From assembly GCA_951406725.2 (NCBI GenBank), contig OX597818.1, positions 97,278,001-97,342,000 of the forward strand: a stretch of 64,000 nt of DNA, written 5' to 3'. Numbering within the stretch: the first letter of the stretch is position 1; every line of letters starts with the position of its first letter. Source of the stretch: Octopus vulgaris (taxonomy: Eukaryota). This document shows positions 51,697-64,000 of this stretch, one piece after another. The notes below the pieces were generated by a model. That model was not told where the DNA came from, searched no databases, and was given only the letters and a program-made list of their open reading frames with translations. Position numbers and translations under genes: made by a program.

Positions 51697-54600
51697 ATGT
51701 GTTAATTCTAAATATAAATACAGTAAGTTCTGACTACTCAACATTATTTTTATAGATTGCTCTGTTTAAACGTTATCTTTTGTATCTGTAGTCTGAAGCC
51801 ATTACCACCCAGTCAATAATGACCATTATATGTAAATAATCCTCTCAGTTACTTCTTGAATATATTTTTCAGTGATATCATTCTACTGACCAAAGATTAG
51901 GTACCCCAGTTTCAGTGACAGTCTAAACACTGTCTTCATAAGAAAGATATTTAATTCTTAAATTGTCCAGTTAACCCAGATATAAGTGCATATGAATAGA
52001 ACAGCTTGTAAACAATTGCTCTTTATTCTCCTTGAATGTTAGCTTGTAGTGTTAAGTTGAAATCTTGCAGGTATGCTGGAGAGGAATGGACTGTATTAAG
52101 CTTATTTTTTTCTCTCTAGATTATATACATAAAAAGATCTTGGAGATTATGAGGCTCATTCTTTTATAGTTGGATATCGTGTTGAAAATTTGATCTCAAC
52201 TCTGAACGAAGCACCTCTACAATTAGTTTTTGCCTCAGACTGATTTGATTAAATCGAAGCTACAAGTGTGGAAGACAGAATCAATAAAATAAATGTAGCC
52301 TTAATAAAACCTCCTGAAAACACTATCTTTGCTTAAGCAAAACTGGATAAAATACTGATTTAGTCTGATGGTTTACTGAAGAATGTCCTGTCTTTACATT
52401 AATCTAACTTATAAATTTTGAGTGTGATAAATATTAGCATAAATTAGAACGGTTGGTAATTGAATAGCTTCAGTCATCAATAGTTTCAATTTTGATAAAC
52501 TCATCTAGTGTTAGAACTAATTCTTAACCCCCAAATTTTGTTGTTGTTTAACCCATGGTCAGTCCTAGTTGATAAATATATGATCAAAGACTTTCCAACT
52601 GTGACCATCTTGTCTTTTTGTGTATTTATGACTACATTGAGCCATGTGTGCTTTCTTTTGTTTACACAAAATATTGTCTTTTCATCACTTATTCTGCATC
52701 GAGTAATGCATTTTTTTCTTTTAATGCAGGCTTATATTATCATCACCATCATCAAGACTCTACCTAAAATATTTCTTTTTTATTCCATTAAAAAAATTTT
52801 TTTTATGATTGTGTAACATTATTTTGATTTTTAAAACTATACTCTTTAGATCCTATTTCTTAAAATAGGAATCACCACCCTTCTGATGCTGACCTATCTG
52901 AGACTGAACCTGGTTCTGTGATTTAAACTTTCTGTTTTCAAGGGATCTAAATTAAAATCTTCCCTCAAAATGTCACTTTATTTTCCTAATACCAACTCAA
53001 TAATCCTTTCTACTACAGGCACAAGGCTTGAGTTTTCTTTCTTTTTTTTTTTTTTTTGGTGGGGTAAGTCAATTACATTGACCCCAGTGTTCAACTAGTA
53101 CTTATTTTATTGACCCCAAAAGGATGAAAGGCAAAGTTGACCTCAGTAGAATTTGAACTCAGAATGGAAAGCTGGAAGAAATGCCATTAAGCATTTTGTC
53201 CAGTGTGCTAATGCTCCTATCAGCTCACTGCCTGAAACACCAACTTAATAATGGCAAAACTTGTTTTTCAAAATGAACTGATTCAAGGACAGTATATTCC
53301 AACAGAAATATGGCAACAAATTTTAAACAATCTATAATGTAGTATCTTTTCTGTAAATTAGAGGAACTTTCTGTCTTACTTTTGATTTTCTTGTTTCACA
53401 ATTCTGCTGAGTCCACTAGTTTCTCTGTTGGGATGACGTTTTAAAACTTTCAGTTTATTCAGGAATATTTTCTTTAATATAGTGTTAACACTTCATGTTG
53501 ATATTTTATATGTGTTTGTTCAGTCTTTCTCTTCTCCGCCCTCTCTCTTACTCTTTTTCTCTCATCCTCTTACTATTTCAAACTTTTATACCAAAGTTGC
53601 ACTTTCCTTCTTTCCTTTTCCACCCACTCTGTTTAACTTTTTTTTCCTCTATTTTAATACTAGTGATATGACTGCTTAGGTCAGCAATGTTTTCTAGTTT
53701 CACTGAATATTTCTGAATATTCTGCTGAAGATTTTCTGTTTCTCTGTTCTGGTATATTAAAATTTTGCTCTACTGAGAATATGAACTGCTGACATTATAA
53801 TTTTTTTTTTATAATTACTGTCATTACTCATTATTTTTACTTAATTTCATTTCTTATTGCTATCAAACAAAACAGCCAACATTTATTTGCTGAGTTAACA
53901 CATAAAAAAAATGCCACGCTGTATTAGAATGTGCTGTTTGCAGTTTCAGCTGAAATTAGATATAGAAAGCAAAACATTACATATTATATGTAGATAAAGT
54001 ATGCAGTATATAGGCAAGAGAATAGAAAAAGTACATGTATTTTTATATATTAGTGTTTCTCTGAATAAGTATAATTCTAATGAACTTTGACTGTTGCATT
54101 AACATCAACAGAATATTTGCTGGTTGATTTACTAGGCTTAAACGTATATAGTGTAGTTTGTTGCAAGTGAAGTTGTTTAACTCCAGAACAATATCACTAA
54201 TCAATAAATGTTTCCTATAAAATTTCCTATAAAAATTCATTTACATGACAAATGTTTATAAATGCTCTTTGCTTCTAGTTTCAACAATTGTGTGAATTAC
54301 ATTTAATTCCGTTGGATTGAGGAAGAAGAGGAAGTGCTTAGTGCCTTTTATAGGGGTTATTGGACAAGGTATTGATGATTATCAGGGTTAGGGTTACTCT
54401 ATCTTGATTTTAAAGCCATGATTGTTTGTGAAGAGGGAGGTGGTACATGAAAATGTATCCAACTACCTACGCAGAGGGATGTTGTCTCCTAATCAATGTA
54501 GATCTATAGAAATAAAGCCAGAGTTGTGTAAACTAATAAGAGGTGTAGGTAGAGACATGAAAAGTTTTTTTTTATGATAGTTTCCTTAACATTGAGATCA

Positions 54601-55794
54601 GTAAAAACAATTTTAATGAAAAAATAAGGGTATTCACAGTGCACTACACATATTTTTTTAAAAGATAATTTAAAATAATTCTTAATAAACATATAGAGTT
54701 AGCCTTGATGAAGGAAAAGTGAAATCAATTTGATTAGCTTCTAGTCTTCTTAGATCTTCATCAGAGAAAGCACACACATCTTCTATTCATGGGTATTGAG
54801 TAGCATGCTGTTATTTGTAGTCTATGCAAACTAGATCCAGTTAAGTTAGTTACTATAATTTGCATATGGCTGACAACAAGGGTCATTTTATTCGTTCATA
54901 GTGCACTAGTGAACCAGATAGAAGTTTGGGGGCAATTTCAAATGAGGTGTATCTTTTTATTAATTAATGATATGGTTTTAGCCCAAGTTTAAATGAGTTA
55001 CATTACAAGTTTTATCTCTAAATTTGTTAAAATTATGTTAATTAAAAAAGAAAGCACACATCTTACATTTCAAATTATCCCAAAAGACTGTGTGGTGCAC
55101 TATGAATGAATTAATCCATGATATTAGTGCAGGTACTGTTATACAAATTAGATTGGCCAGTTTAGATGTATCCTAATTTATATACAGCTACAAGCTATTA
55201 ATTTCTCTGTAAACAGAAAATGGGTATTCTTTCTCTGAAGAAGATCTAATAAGATTAGAAACTAAGATTGATCCCGTTTTCTCTCGCTATAGAAAGATAA
55301 AAGCTGGGATGTAAGCACTTTATTTAATTTTTGCAGTGAAGCTAAAGTTGAATGTTTATTAAAGGAAAAAGGTATTGCTTATATTTCAAATTCAAACTAA
55401 GTTTCTTTTCTTTACTGATGCATGATAAAAATATCAATAAACTCCAGATGAAATATTTTGAGAAGAAACTAAATTTTCCTTTTAATCCTGCAGTCTATAT
55501 AAAAAGTAGAATAGCATTTACATCATATTCTGTGTAGATTCATTATCAACAGAATTAAATTTTGCAGTATCTGTAACTGGCAGGTAACCTGTTTTGATGA
55601 CACTATCTTTGCATTTAGGTTAGGTTAACATTTGAATTACCCTTTAAAATTTTATCAATGAGTTAGATAAATAATGTGTTGTTTTGAAATGGAATAATTT
55701 TATTATTTTTTTTTCAGTTTATAGATTTTAATTTTTGCATTTAAACTTTCGTGTTGGAAAGATCCAGCTAGATTTGCTTGTCATAATGATAACT

Positions 55795-56028
55795 TTAACC
55801 CTATTGTTACCATATTTCTATTAAACTTTGTTTTAATTAATTTTGAAAATAATGAAGAATTTAGTAAATTAATTTTATCATGATTAAGTTAGTGTTTGGA
55901 ACTTAAAAGATTTAACATAAAATTCTGAAGGAAGGTTTTAATTTAGATCACTTTAAACAAGAAGTTTGTGAAGTTTGTATCATGGAACCAAGGGTGATCT
56001 CAGGTCCCTTTGCTATCAAAGGGATTAA
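55795..56028. mobile_element. piggyBac-like MITE (~230 bp)
   Basis: TTAA-CCC ... GGG(a)TTAA ends. Homologous copies at about 40953-41170 (inverse), 48278-48495 and 52850-53320 (inverse, SINE-interrupted). Confidence 0.65.
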
Positions 56029-57319
56029 GTTAGTTTCATGACAACTTATAAGTCAGGATACCAAATAACTGGTATTTGATTTCAGTACTCTACTAGTAAT
56101 ATTTGACCAAATAATACCAAGGGCTGTAAGGTAGAGCATCATTTATTACATTCTCTACCTTGCTTAGTGCACTATAAATAAACCATTGTATTGTTGTTTA
56201 CTTCAGTGTTATTGAATAAATATATGACATTGGGACAGCCTATTATAAACATCATAGCACTAACCATTATGTCGTCACTCTAAGACTTAGAACTTAGTAT
56301 AAGCATTTCCCATTTTCATAATGGTAGGGGATGTGTGGAAAGACAATAAGTAGGTAGCTTAGCATTATTTGCTACTTTTTTATATTTCTCTGTAAAGAAA
56401 CATATCACAAGGAGTCATAATTGGTACATTTATTTATAGTGTTTTTAATTGTTGCTGACCCTGACTTTGTTGGAGCTATTTTTTGAATTAAGAAACAAAA
56501 TTTAAATCGTATTTCATTGTATTTCTTTATAAGAGGTAGTTTTGAATTTTATGTTTAAGAATTCCACTCAGAAATTTGTTTTTTGCTAAGAGCAAGGCTT
56601 TGATAAAAGTAAATGATAAACAGCAAAATGATATACATGTTAAATAGCTCTAGATAGTTTTGATAGTACAGACTATAAGCACATTTTATAGGTAATCAAA
56701 CATTTTATGTTGAACTACAAATGAAACAGGTCTATTATATCATACTCAAAGAATATTTATTGTTTATCGATCTTAGATTTGGGTGTTTGTCAGAGATGAG
56801 TAAGTTGTTTTACTTTGTGTACCATGCTATGTGGTGAGAACTGATGTTTTGAGCAGGATCTTTATTCCATTTCCTTGGAGAAAGGCCTCACCAGAGGCCT
56901 AAACTGTCCTGTTTTCATGCTAACTTATTTTATTAGCCATTTAAAATCCTTATCTCTACAAATGTTACTCTTCCCAATCTTTAAAGATTTCTCATACCAA
57001 TCTCAAATATATAGATTGCCAAATCTGTTACCCAAAGATTAGGCTTCTGAACACAAAATATTTCAGCTTTGATCAGTTGCTGTCTTTTTTTTTCTTTTGT
57101 TGTTTTTTCCCTTACAAAATTGCAACAGTTACATTATCTTTGTGCTGGCAACTCACCTTCAGAATTCTCTTTTCTCAAGAAGAATATGAGTCTTTTCTCA
57201 CCAGCATCTCTTTCCAATTCTTCATTTAGTTGGGCTAGAGGTGTGACAGGTGGCTTTCTTTTACATGCTAGATCTTCGTTTTTAGGCTTTCTTTCTTAGT
57301 ATGTCTAAGCCATTTATAA

Positions 57320-57720
57320 TACATACATTTGGAAGTCACAGGTCCGCTGTCTACACTAATTTTGCTATTACATTAGTACTGATAATGCAGCACATGCCTT
57401 CCTAACCAGCCAGACAGGAGTCTGAGTATCTGATTCTCTGGCAAAATTCATTCACCGACAAACTTCAACCTCTAATTCACAGAAGCACTGTACCTTCTCT
57501 CTATCTCCCTCTTCTGTTGTTACTACAATAGCCACTGCTACTCTGAACTAGCTAGTTGCATTTCTCCTCCTCTTCATCTTGCCAATTTTCTGCTTTACCT
57601 GTCTAGTTCTGCATTAAATACAGATATCAATCTAGAGATATTTAAACAGAATGCCAACTACATCAATCATATCAGTCTAAAAGGGCCTATAAAGGTCACT
57701 AGAGCTGCAACCCTTTCTCT
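57320..57720 (+). mobile_element. CR1-like LINE 3' fragment
   Basis: TDKLQPLIHRSTVPSL..CCYYNSHCYSELASCISPP resembles the LQPLSHRR..YRYY..CSSEL C-terminal motif of CR1-like ORF2. Further decayed pieces at about 18500-18900 (-) and 61300-62600 (+). Confidence 0.6.
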
Positions 57721-60069
57721 GAGTAATCCATTAACAAACAAACAAAATTAGAATTGTATGAAATATATTAAATGCCTCTATTAAAACTAAGGGAAAATGT
57801 CAAAATATAAAGGTGTCTACTGTTGATGTTGAGTCTTTCATTGTGTATTGAGAAGTTTGTTTCCATTGTCATTGTAATGAGATAAAAAATTGCACTTTTA
57901 AATCAGGAAAGCGTGATTTATTGCTATAGTAACTAACTATCAAACAGGTTTTTACATGTGGCCTCTCTCTTTCTCTCCCTCTTTTGCACAGATACAATTT
58001 TATGAAATGCTCAATAGCATGTATTTTGCACATTAGTTAGAAATCCCCATCATATAATTAGATTTACAGTAGAAGAAATCACATTAATTCTTACTTTACC
58101 TGTTTTAGTTAATAGCTTGGTACATATTGTGTATGCTGTTGGATAGGATATAAATGACACCAACCACTTCAGTTGGATTCTTCTCTTGTATGATAACTTC
58201 TTTCCATTGAAATGTATTTTAGGTTGTAATAGAAAGATATAAGTATTGTCTTGGAAAGAGACACCTTATAGAAATTTCCATGATTTTTCTCTTCTCACTT
58301 TCAGTAACACAGCTATTAAACACTTGATAATTTCTTACACAGTACTTTTCATGTACAATCTGATTGGTTAGTTGTTGAATTGTCTCTTTCACTAGTGGAA
58401 ATATTATGAGAAATAAAACCTTAATATATTGTCTAAGCAGTTAATGCACTGTTGTTGACCAGGTAAATATAGATTCATTCTTGCATTGCATTCTGTTTTC
58501 AAACAATGCATATTACTCTACTTGCCACTGACACTAGATGCAATTTCTACTTTAGAACTCAGGGATTTACTTCTGTGAGGGTAGCCAGATATGAGATATA
58601 TTTTACAGCTACTCTTGGAAACTCCTGAGTGTTATTGAATTTACCAGCAAAGTAAATTCATTGTTGTTTGTTCTGATAATGAATCCTCCAGTTCTTTCCT
58701 TAACGAACCTACCCATTCATTGTACTGTGCCAGTGCTTCTGGGATTTTTGTAACTACTACTCCAACCTTTTTTTTTTTTTTTAACATTCTTTCCAATGTT
58801 CCTTTGCTACAATTCAATGCCTGCTCCCTTTTTTAATGTAAATACTTGTAATATCAGACTAGAGTAATTTAGTTCTGTGTACTAGTTTAATACAAGTGAT
58901 TACTCACCACAGCACCAACTTTCTATTAGCATATGTTTTTTTTTTCTTTACTAAATCACATTTAAAGTTGATATTTAAAGAAAAAACTGTACAGATAACT
59001 CTATCTTCTCTTGCTGCTGCCCTTTTTGTCCCTAGTATTCATATAAAATTTTCTGCTGCCCCTCCCATCCCTCAGGAAGCAATAACTGCTTATATTGAGA
59101 AGAACTGCTCTAGCATAAATAGTGGAGTTCTACACTTGTATTTTTATCTTAATCCTCTGGCAGAATACCCATGATACAGTGTTTGACTTGTTTGATCCTT
59201 TGATTTACTGGTATAATCCATTTGATGGCTTCTGCAGTTTTTATTTTATCAGTTTTACTCACAAAGCCTGGGTTGACCCCAGGCTGTGGCAAAAGACAAT
59301 TGCTCAAGATGTCAAGATTGCAAAACAAGCTTCTTATCTATTTGGCCAGATATAGAACACAGACTAACACTTTTTTTTCTCAGAGTTATACTGTACAATG
59401 GAAAGTATCTATAAATTTTTGTAGTCAACACTACATGTATAGACACGTAAATACCATATCTTTATATCATTTATCTTTTAATTGTTTCAGTTACTAGACT
59501 GCAGCCATGCTGGGGTATTGTCTTGAAGAATTTTAGTTGAATGTATCAACCCCAGTATACTTTTTTTTTTTTTTTTGCTTGTACTTATTTTATCAGTCCC
59601 TTTTGATGAATGACTAAGTTATGGGGATGTAAACACACCGGCTGTCAAGCAGTGGTGGGGGACAGACACAGGCATACATGTATATACATACATATATATA
59701 TATATATATGATGAGCTTCTTCCTGTTTCTGTCTGCCAAATCCACTCACAAGGCTTTAGTTGGCCATGCAATATCTCTGGGGGGAAAAAAGGGATCAGCT
59801 TGACTACTTTCAGTGTGTGATGGGATTTCATCAGCAACATAGTGCCTTTTTTTTTTTAAGTGTCTATGGAAACCATGCTTTTAAACCCACTAAGTGCCTA
59901 AAGTAAAGTGGATAGATTACCTTGTATATACATACAATACATTCTTGGCAGCAGGTTTGATTAATGAATTGTCTATACATTCAGTTTTGACTAAAAGCCT
60001 GTAGATATATATATGAAACAAAGCACTATTAATGCACTAGTAATTTACTAAATGAACTGGCTACCTTTC

Positions 60070-60420
60070 TATCTATCTAGTTGGGTGACTTGCCCAGACT
60101 AATGCAACTCTTCCATGCCAAATGTCCTAATTTTTCATAGCAGTCTTCATATCCTCAGCTTGATATCTAGTGTCTACCACATGTTGATTGATATATGCTC
60201 TTCTTGGTCTACCAATACCTGTATGTTCATGTGTGGGTTTCTAGAGAAGGCAATTGCTGGATGTTTTATCCTTGCTTCTCCAGCAGTGTCCTGCATAATA
60301 ATTCTTTCTCTGATTATCAAGGTAGTGGTAGGAAGACTGCCATTCAGACATTGCTCTGTAGGGTGTTGCTGCCAAGAAAGCTCAAGAAATGTACAAAGCA
60401 TTCTGGCTGCTATTATATAT
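60070..60420 (-). mobile_element. RTE-X-like LINE 3' end
   Basis: RML..LELSWQQHPTEQCLNGSLP..IIRER / YAGHCWRSKD..PTHEHTGIGRPRRAYINQ across a frameshift, then a (GATA)-like tail. Confidence 0.8.
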
Positions 60421-63400
60421 GCAAATTAGTCTGCCTAGTTTACTTAAAGCCCTTAGTAATATTGGATTTATGAGCATAAGTAATATTGGATCTATATATC
60501 TCTGTGGATAGTTAAAGATAGTACACAGTGGCTGATGAAATACTAACACAAACTGAAACTAATTTAGTTGACCTCTTGTGTTTTGTCCATGAAGATATTG
60601 AACATAAAAAAGACATGATATTTACATCTGCATTTGTCTATGAATACAGTGTTGACTAAAAATCTTTAGATATATACTGCAGTATGGTATAACACTAAAA
60701 ATGTTTATCTATTTTTCAATTGAAGACTCCTCTTGATGAAGATGATATCAATTTAACCTGGAGGACTATGTTGTGTTCAATTTTTTTTCACGTGTTGTTC
60801 CATGCAATGATTGGTTGAATCTTTTTTTGCATCATGCTAATGGTGAAGTCTAACATTCTCAGGCCTGACCTAATTGTTTAGTAGTAACATGTTTTTTTTA
60901 TAGTCTTTGTCTGTCTGTCTCTGGCTCCTCTTCTCTCTCTCATATCTTGCCTGCTTTCAATTGCTTTTTACACTATTATCATTTAGTTCCAAGTCATCCT
61001 CTCCCAGATGCTACATTATCTCATGTGGTCTTACTGCATGTAGTGGGTCAAGTGGTCTCCTAGATGCATCCTCTACCTGTCAAAAGGGTACATCATAAAG
61101 ACTGGTCCTTCTTTTCAGAACTAGAAAATAGTTCAGCTTCCTGCGATTACTAATCCTGCATTAAACTCAGAACAGAGTACTACTGCCTTATCTAGTACAG
61201 GCCGTGCTAAATTTCCATATACAGACAACCTAGACAATACTCAAGAAAAAGATGAAAAAAAAAAAAAGGCCACCTAAGTAACTGGCATGAAATCATTTGC
61301 CAAACTTTGGTTCACAGTCAGCAGTCTCCTGACAATGTTACAATGCTTTTTTTTACAACTTAATGACTTTTGTTCCTCAGACATAGTTAATCTTATTCGA
61401 TTTCCACTCAGGCCTTCATGATCCACTTATCTTCTCTTCAGACCCCACATTAACCATTTTCCACAGTACTCCCTCCCCAGAATGTCATCCCTCTGGTATT
61501 CTCTCCATGCCAGTGTTTTCCTGTAGCCATCAACTTGTAGCTGTTCAAGAAGTTCATGAACTGTGTTGATTTCACTGCTCCCATAGTGTCTGCGATAACT
61601 GTGAATACAGCCTCTATCTTTAGACCAAACCATTAACCTACCCCACCTCCAAATCAACTTAGAACACTTCTTCACCCAGTTTGTATCCTCTATACATAGT
61701 CCTCTATCCTGTGTATATCTGCTGTCTACTGATTGCTATCTCAATGTATTTTCATTCTCCAGTTATCATGAACTGATGACACTCTTAAATTATACTTACT
61801 CCAATTGATTTTTCAGCTCCTATTTTACAGACACACTTTCTATCCTTAATCTTGGCTACATTTTATATTTCAACTTTGCCCCACCCCCAAATGTGCTGTC
61901 TGTACACATGTAAAATATATTCTTCCTACCACTCAACTTTATCAGCCTCCTGGCTCTTGAACTTCTACATTGACATTGCAGGTGCAGAAGCCAAATTATT
62001 TGTCACACTCACCTGTCAAATATTATTAATCTCCATTCTACCCATTCCCTGATAAAACTCACACACCAAGTGATCTTGATCTGCTCCTCATCTTCAAATC
62101 CAAGCTGGACTCTACAATTTTTGCCAGTTACACTGATCCACATGAGACAGCTGAGTGGTTGAAACCATCTTTCTAGACAGGTATCTTCATATTCAAAGCC
62201 CATAAATCTCATGTGGTTTATGCAGTTATGCAGTGTTCTATTCTCATACTACTGCAATAGTATAAGCATAGAACACCATATAAGCATACAACACCTGGAG
62301 AAGTCCTTCACCACACTAACTGCAAGGTTGCCATCAGAAAGGCAAAGGTTCCCTTGGTCATAGCCTGCAATTTTTCCCAACTACCAAGTTGCTGCAGCGC
62401 CTTTCAATTCTTTGCCAAGATAGTCTCTATCAACAGTTTGGAATTATCCTGTCTCTACTTAACAATCAAGATGGTTCTATTTGCAGCACTTCCACTGAAA
62501 TTTCATACTTTTTCTGCAAACATTGATCTGCAATATTCGTGCTTAACCTTTACTGGCACCGTCTTGGTAGGGCTTGCAAGAATCCCCAACACTGTCCATC
62601 CTCCATTGACTCTCTTACATAAAACAAAATAACACTATTATACTTCTTGTCTGTAATGTATATATCTCCTTTTAGTATAGAAATATCAACATTTTACTAG
62701 CAACAGACAAAATGTGAGTTTCTTTATAAAATTGCTAAGATACATTGTTATTGTTAAAATGTTTATATTTTAGCTTGGTTGCTATTATTTTTATATTTTT
62801 TTTTATTGATTTGCTAAATCATATGTTTCACAATCCTTTTGGATTGGCTTTTCATCTATTATGGCTTGACGAATAAGATAAAAACTGTGTTGCAACTTTT
62901 ATGCTACTTTCTGTCCGGTTATGCATAAATGTCAGTGTATATATTTTTGTGTAGAGATAGTCAAAAGTATACACACTTCTGTTTTTCATCAGCAATATAT
63001 TTATTTCACAGAGCTTTCAGTTTCTAATGGAACTCTGATAAAATATATTTCAATTTTCCTGTCTGAGTCAATATTGTTATCTGCTGAGAGTTAACCATTT
63101 TGAATAAACATAGCAATAACATTTTAGAATTTTTCTTGGTTAATATTCTGGAGTTCAAATAAGATACAAGGTTTTTAGAATATCTTGTCTTTGTGGGTGA
63201 TTTAATGTCTGTCAGTATTATAACACATTTTTATAAGGTTATTGTTATCAAATTTTCTGTAATTAAAATGTAATATAAAATTTTTGTGTAACATTGGTTT
63301 AGAATCTGATAGGAGATTGACTGCTATTCCTTCTTTGGATGCATTTCATGTGTACAGTAAACTGTTTGTTACCACATGGTAGTTATTGATGTTCTGTGAG

Positions 63401-63629
63401 TGATAATTCCTATTGATAGTACAAACCTTATTCTTTGATCTGTAACGTGTTGCAAGTGTTGTAGCCAAGATCAATACTCTTCTGAAGTGTAGCCAGATGG
63501 GAAAGATATACAATAGCTATGTACGTAACATATATTTGCATGAATGTGAGTTTATATGTATGCAAGCATGTGTTTTCATGATGTAGGTCATTTTTTAGCT
63601 TTAACATCTCTCTTATTCTGTTTTAATAG

Positions 63630-63670
63630 GACATCTTGGAATTTACAGTATGCACTGTAAAACCAATGAG
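63630..63670 (+). other. Candidate small exon (possible start MHCKTNE) of an unidentified + strand gene
   Basis: Acceptor ctcttattctgttttaatag and donor GAG|gtaatt; ATG at 63650 is in frame to the donor. No homology recognised. Confidence 0.3.
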
Positions 63671-64000
63671 GTAATTTGATCTGTGCTGGCTACTTGTTCA
63701 GTGAAAGCACAAAATATGCACAGTTAAGAAGGCAGTCTGGAAAGAAATGTGTTTCCTTCCACACCACAGTGGAATTGTGGTTAACAGGGATTTATTTACT
63801 ATGTCATCATTCATTTTGTAGACAAAGCTGTCCTATCCAGTTGAACCATCTCTGTTTCTGGTTAGGTTAAACTTGATTTAAGGATTATCTGATTCATTTT
63901 GTCAATAAGACAGTATCATAGTTTTCTCAGACACCAGTTGTCAAATACTTTCAGATGATGAAGTTCCTTGATTAGAACCACATTTTACAGTTACAATGAA

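Noticed and set aside
52042-55583. Possible micro-exons ending CAG|gtatgc (52070) and CAG|gtaacc (55583)
   Set aside because: Isolated splice-like motifs with no coding or homology support; expected by chance in this much AT-rich DNA.

Overview
AT-rich, microsatellite- and SINE-dense animal genomic DNA; the repeat repertoire suggests an octopod cephalopod (inference, not shown by any marker gene). Two genes are well supported by spliced reading frames. EI24 (+ strand) has six coding exons at 4177-13850, and its 3' exons are lost at a 100-N gap (14886-14985). TIMM10B/Tim9b (- strand) is complete: three exons at 15311-20516, 102 aa, twin CX3C motif. A CpG-rich, GA-rich region near 26.0-26.5 kb looks like a bidirectional promoter. 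It may drive a small spliced orphan transcript on the - strand (21.7-26.0 kb) and a + strand gene whose 5' exon ends at 26523, followed by about 37 kb with no recognisable coding exon. The rest is mobile-element debris: tRNA-derived SINEs, RTE/RTE-X/CR1-like LINE fragments, a decayed full-length mariner, other Tc1/mariner remnants and several MITEs. The most interesting signals are (i) several Penelope-type minimal hammerhead-ribozyme cores, including two inverted pairs, (ii) long intronic fold-back repeats that are candidate ADAR substrates, (iii) the candidate orphan gene, and (iv) a CpG-decay boundary readable from SINE copies. Most ORFs in the supplied track are microsatellite or repeat artefacts. 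No wholly new system can be proven from sequence alone.
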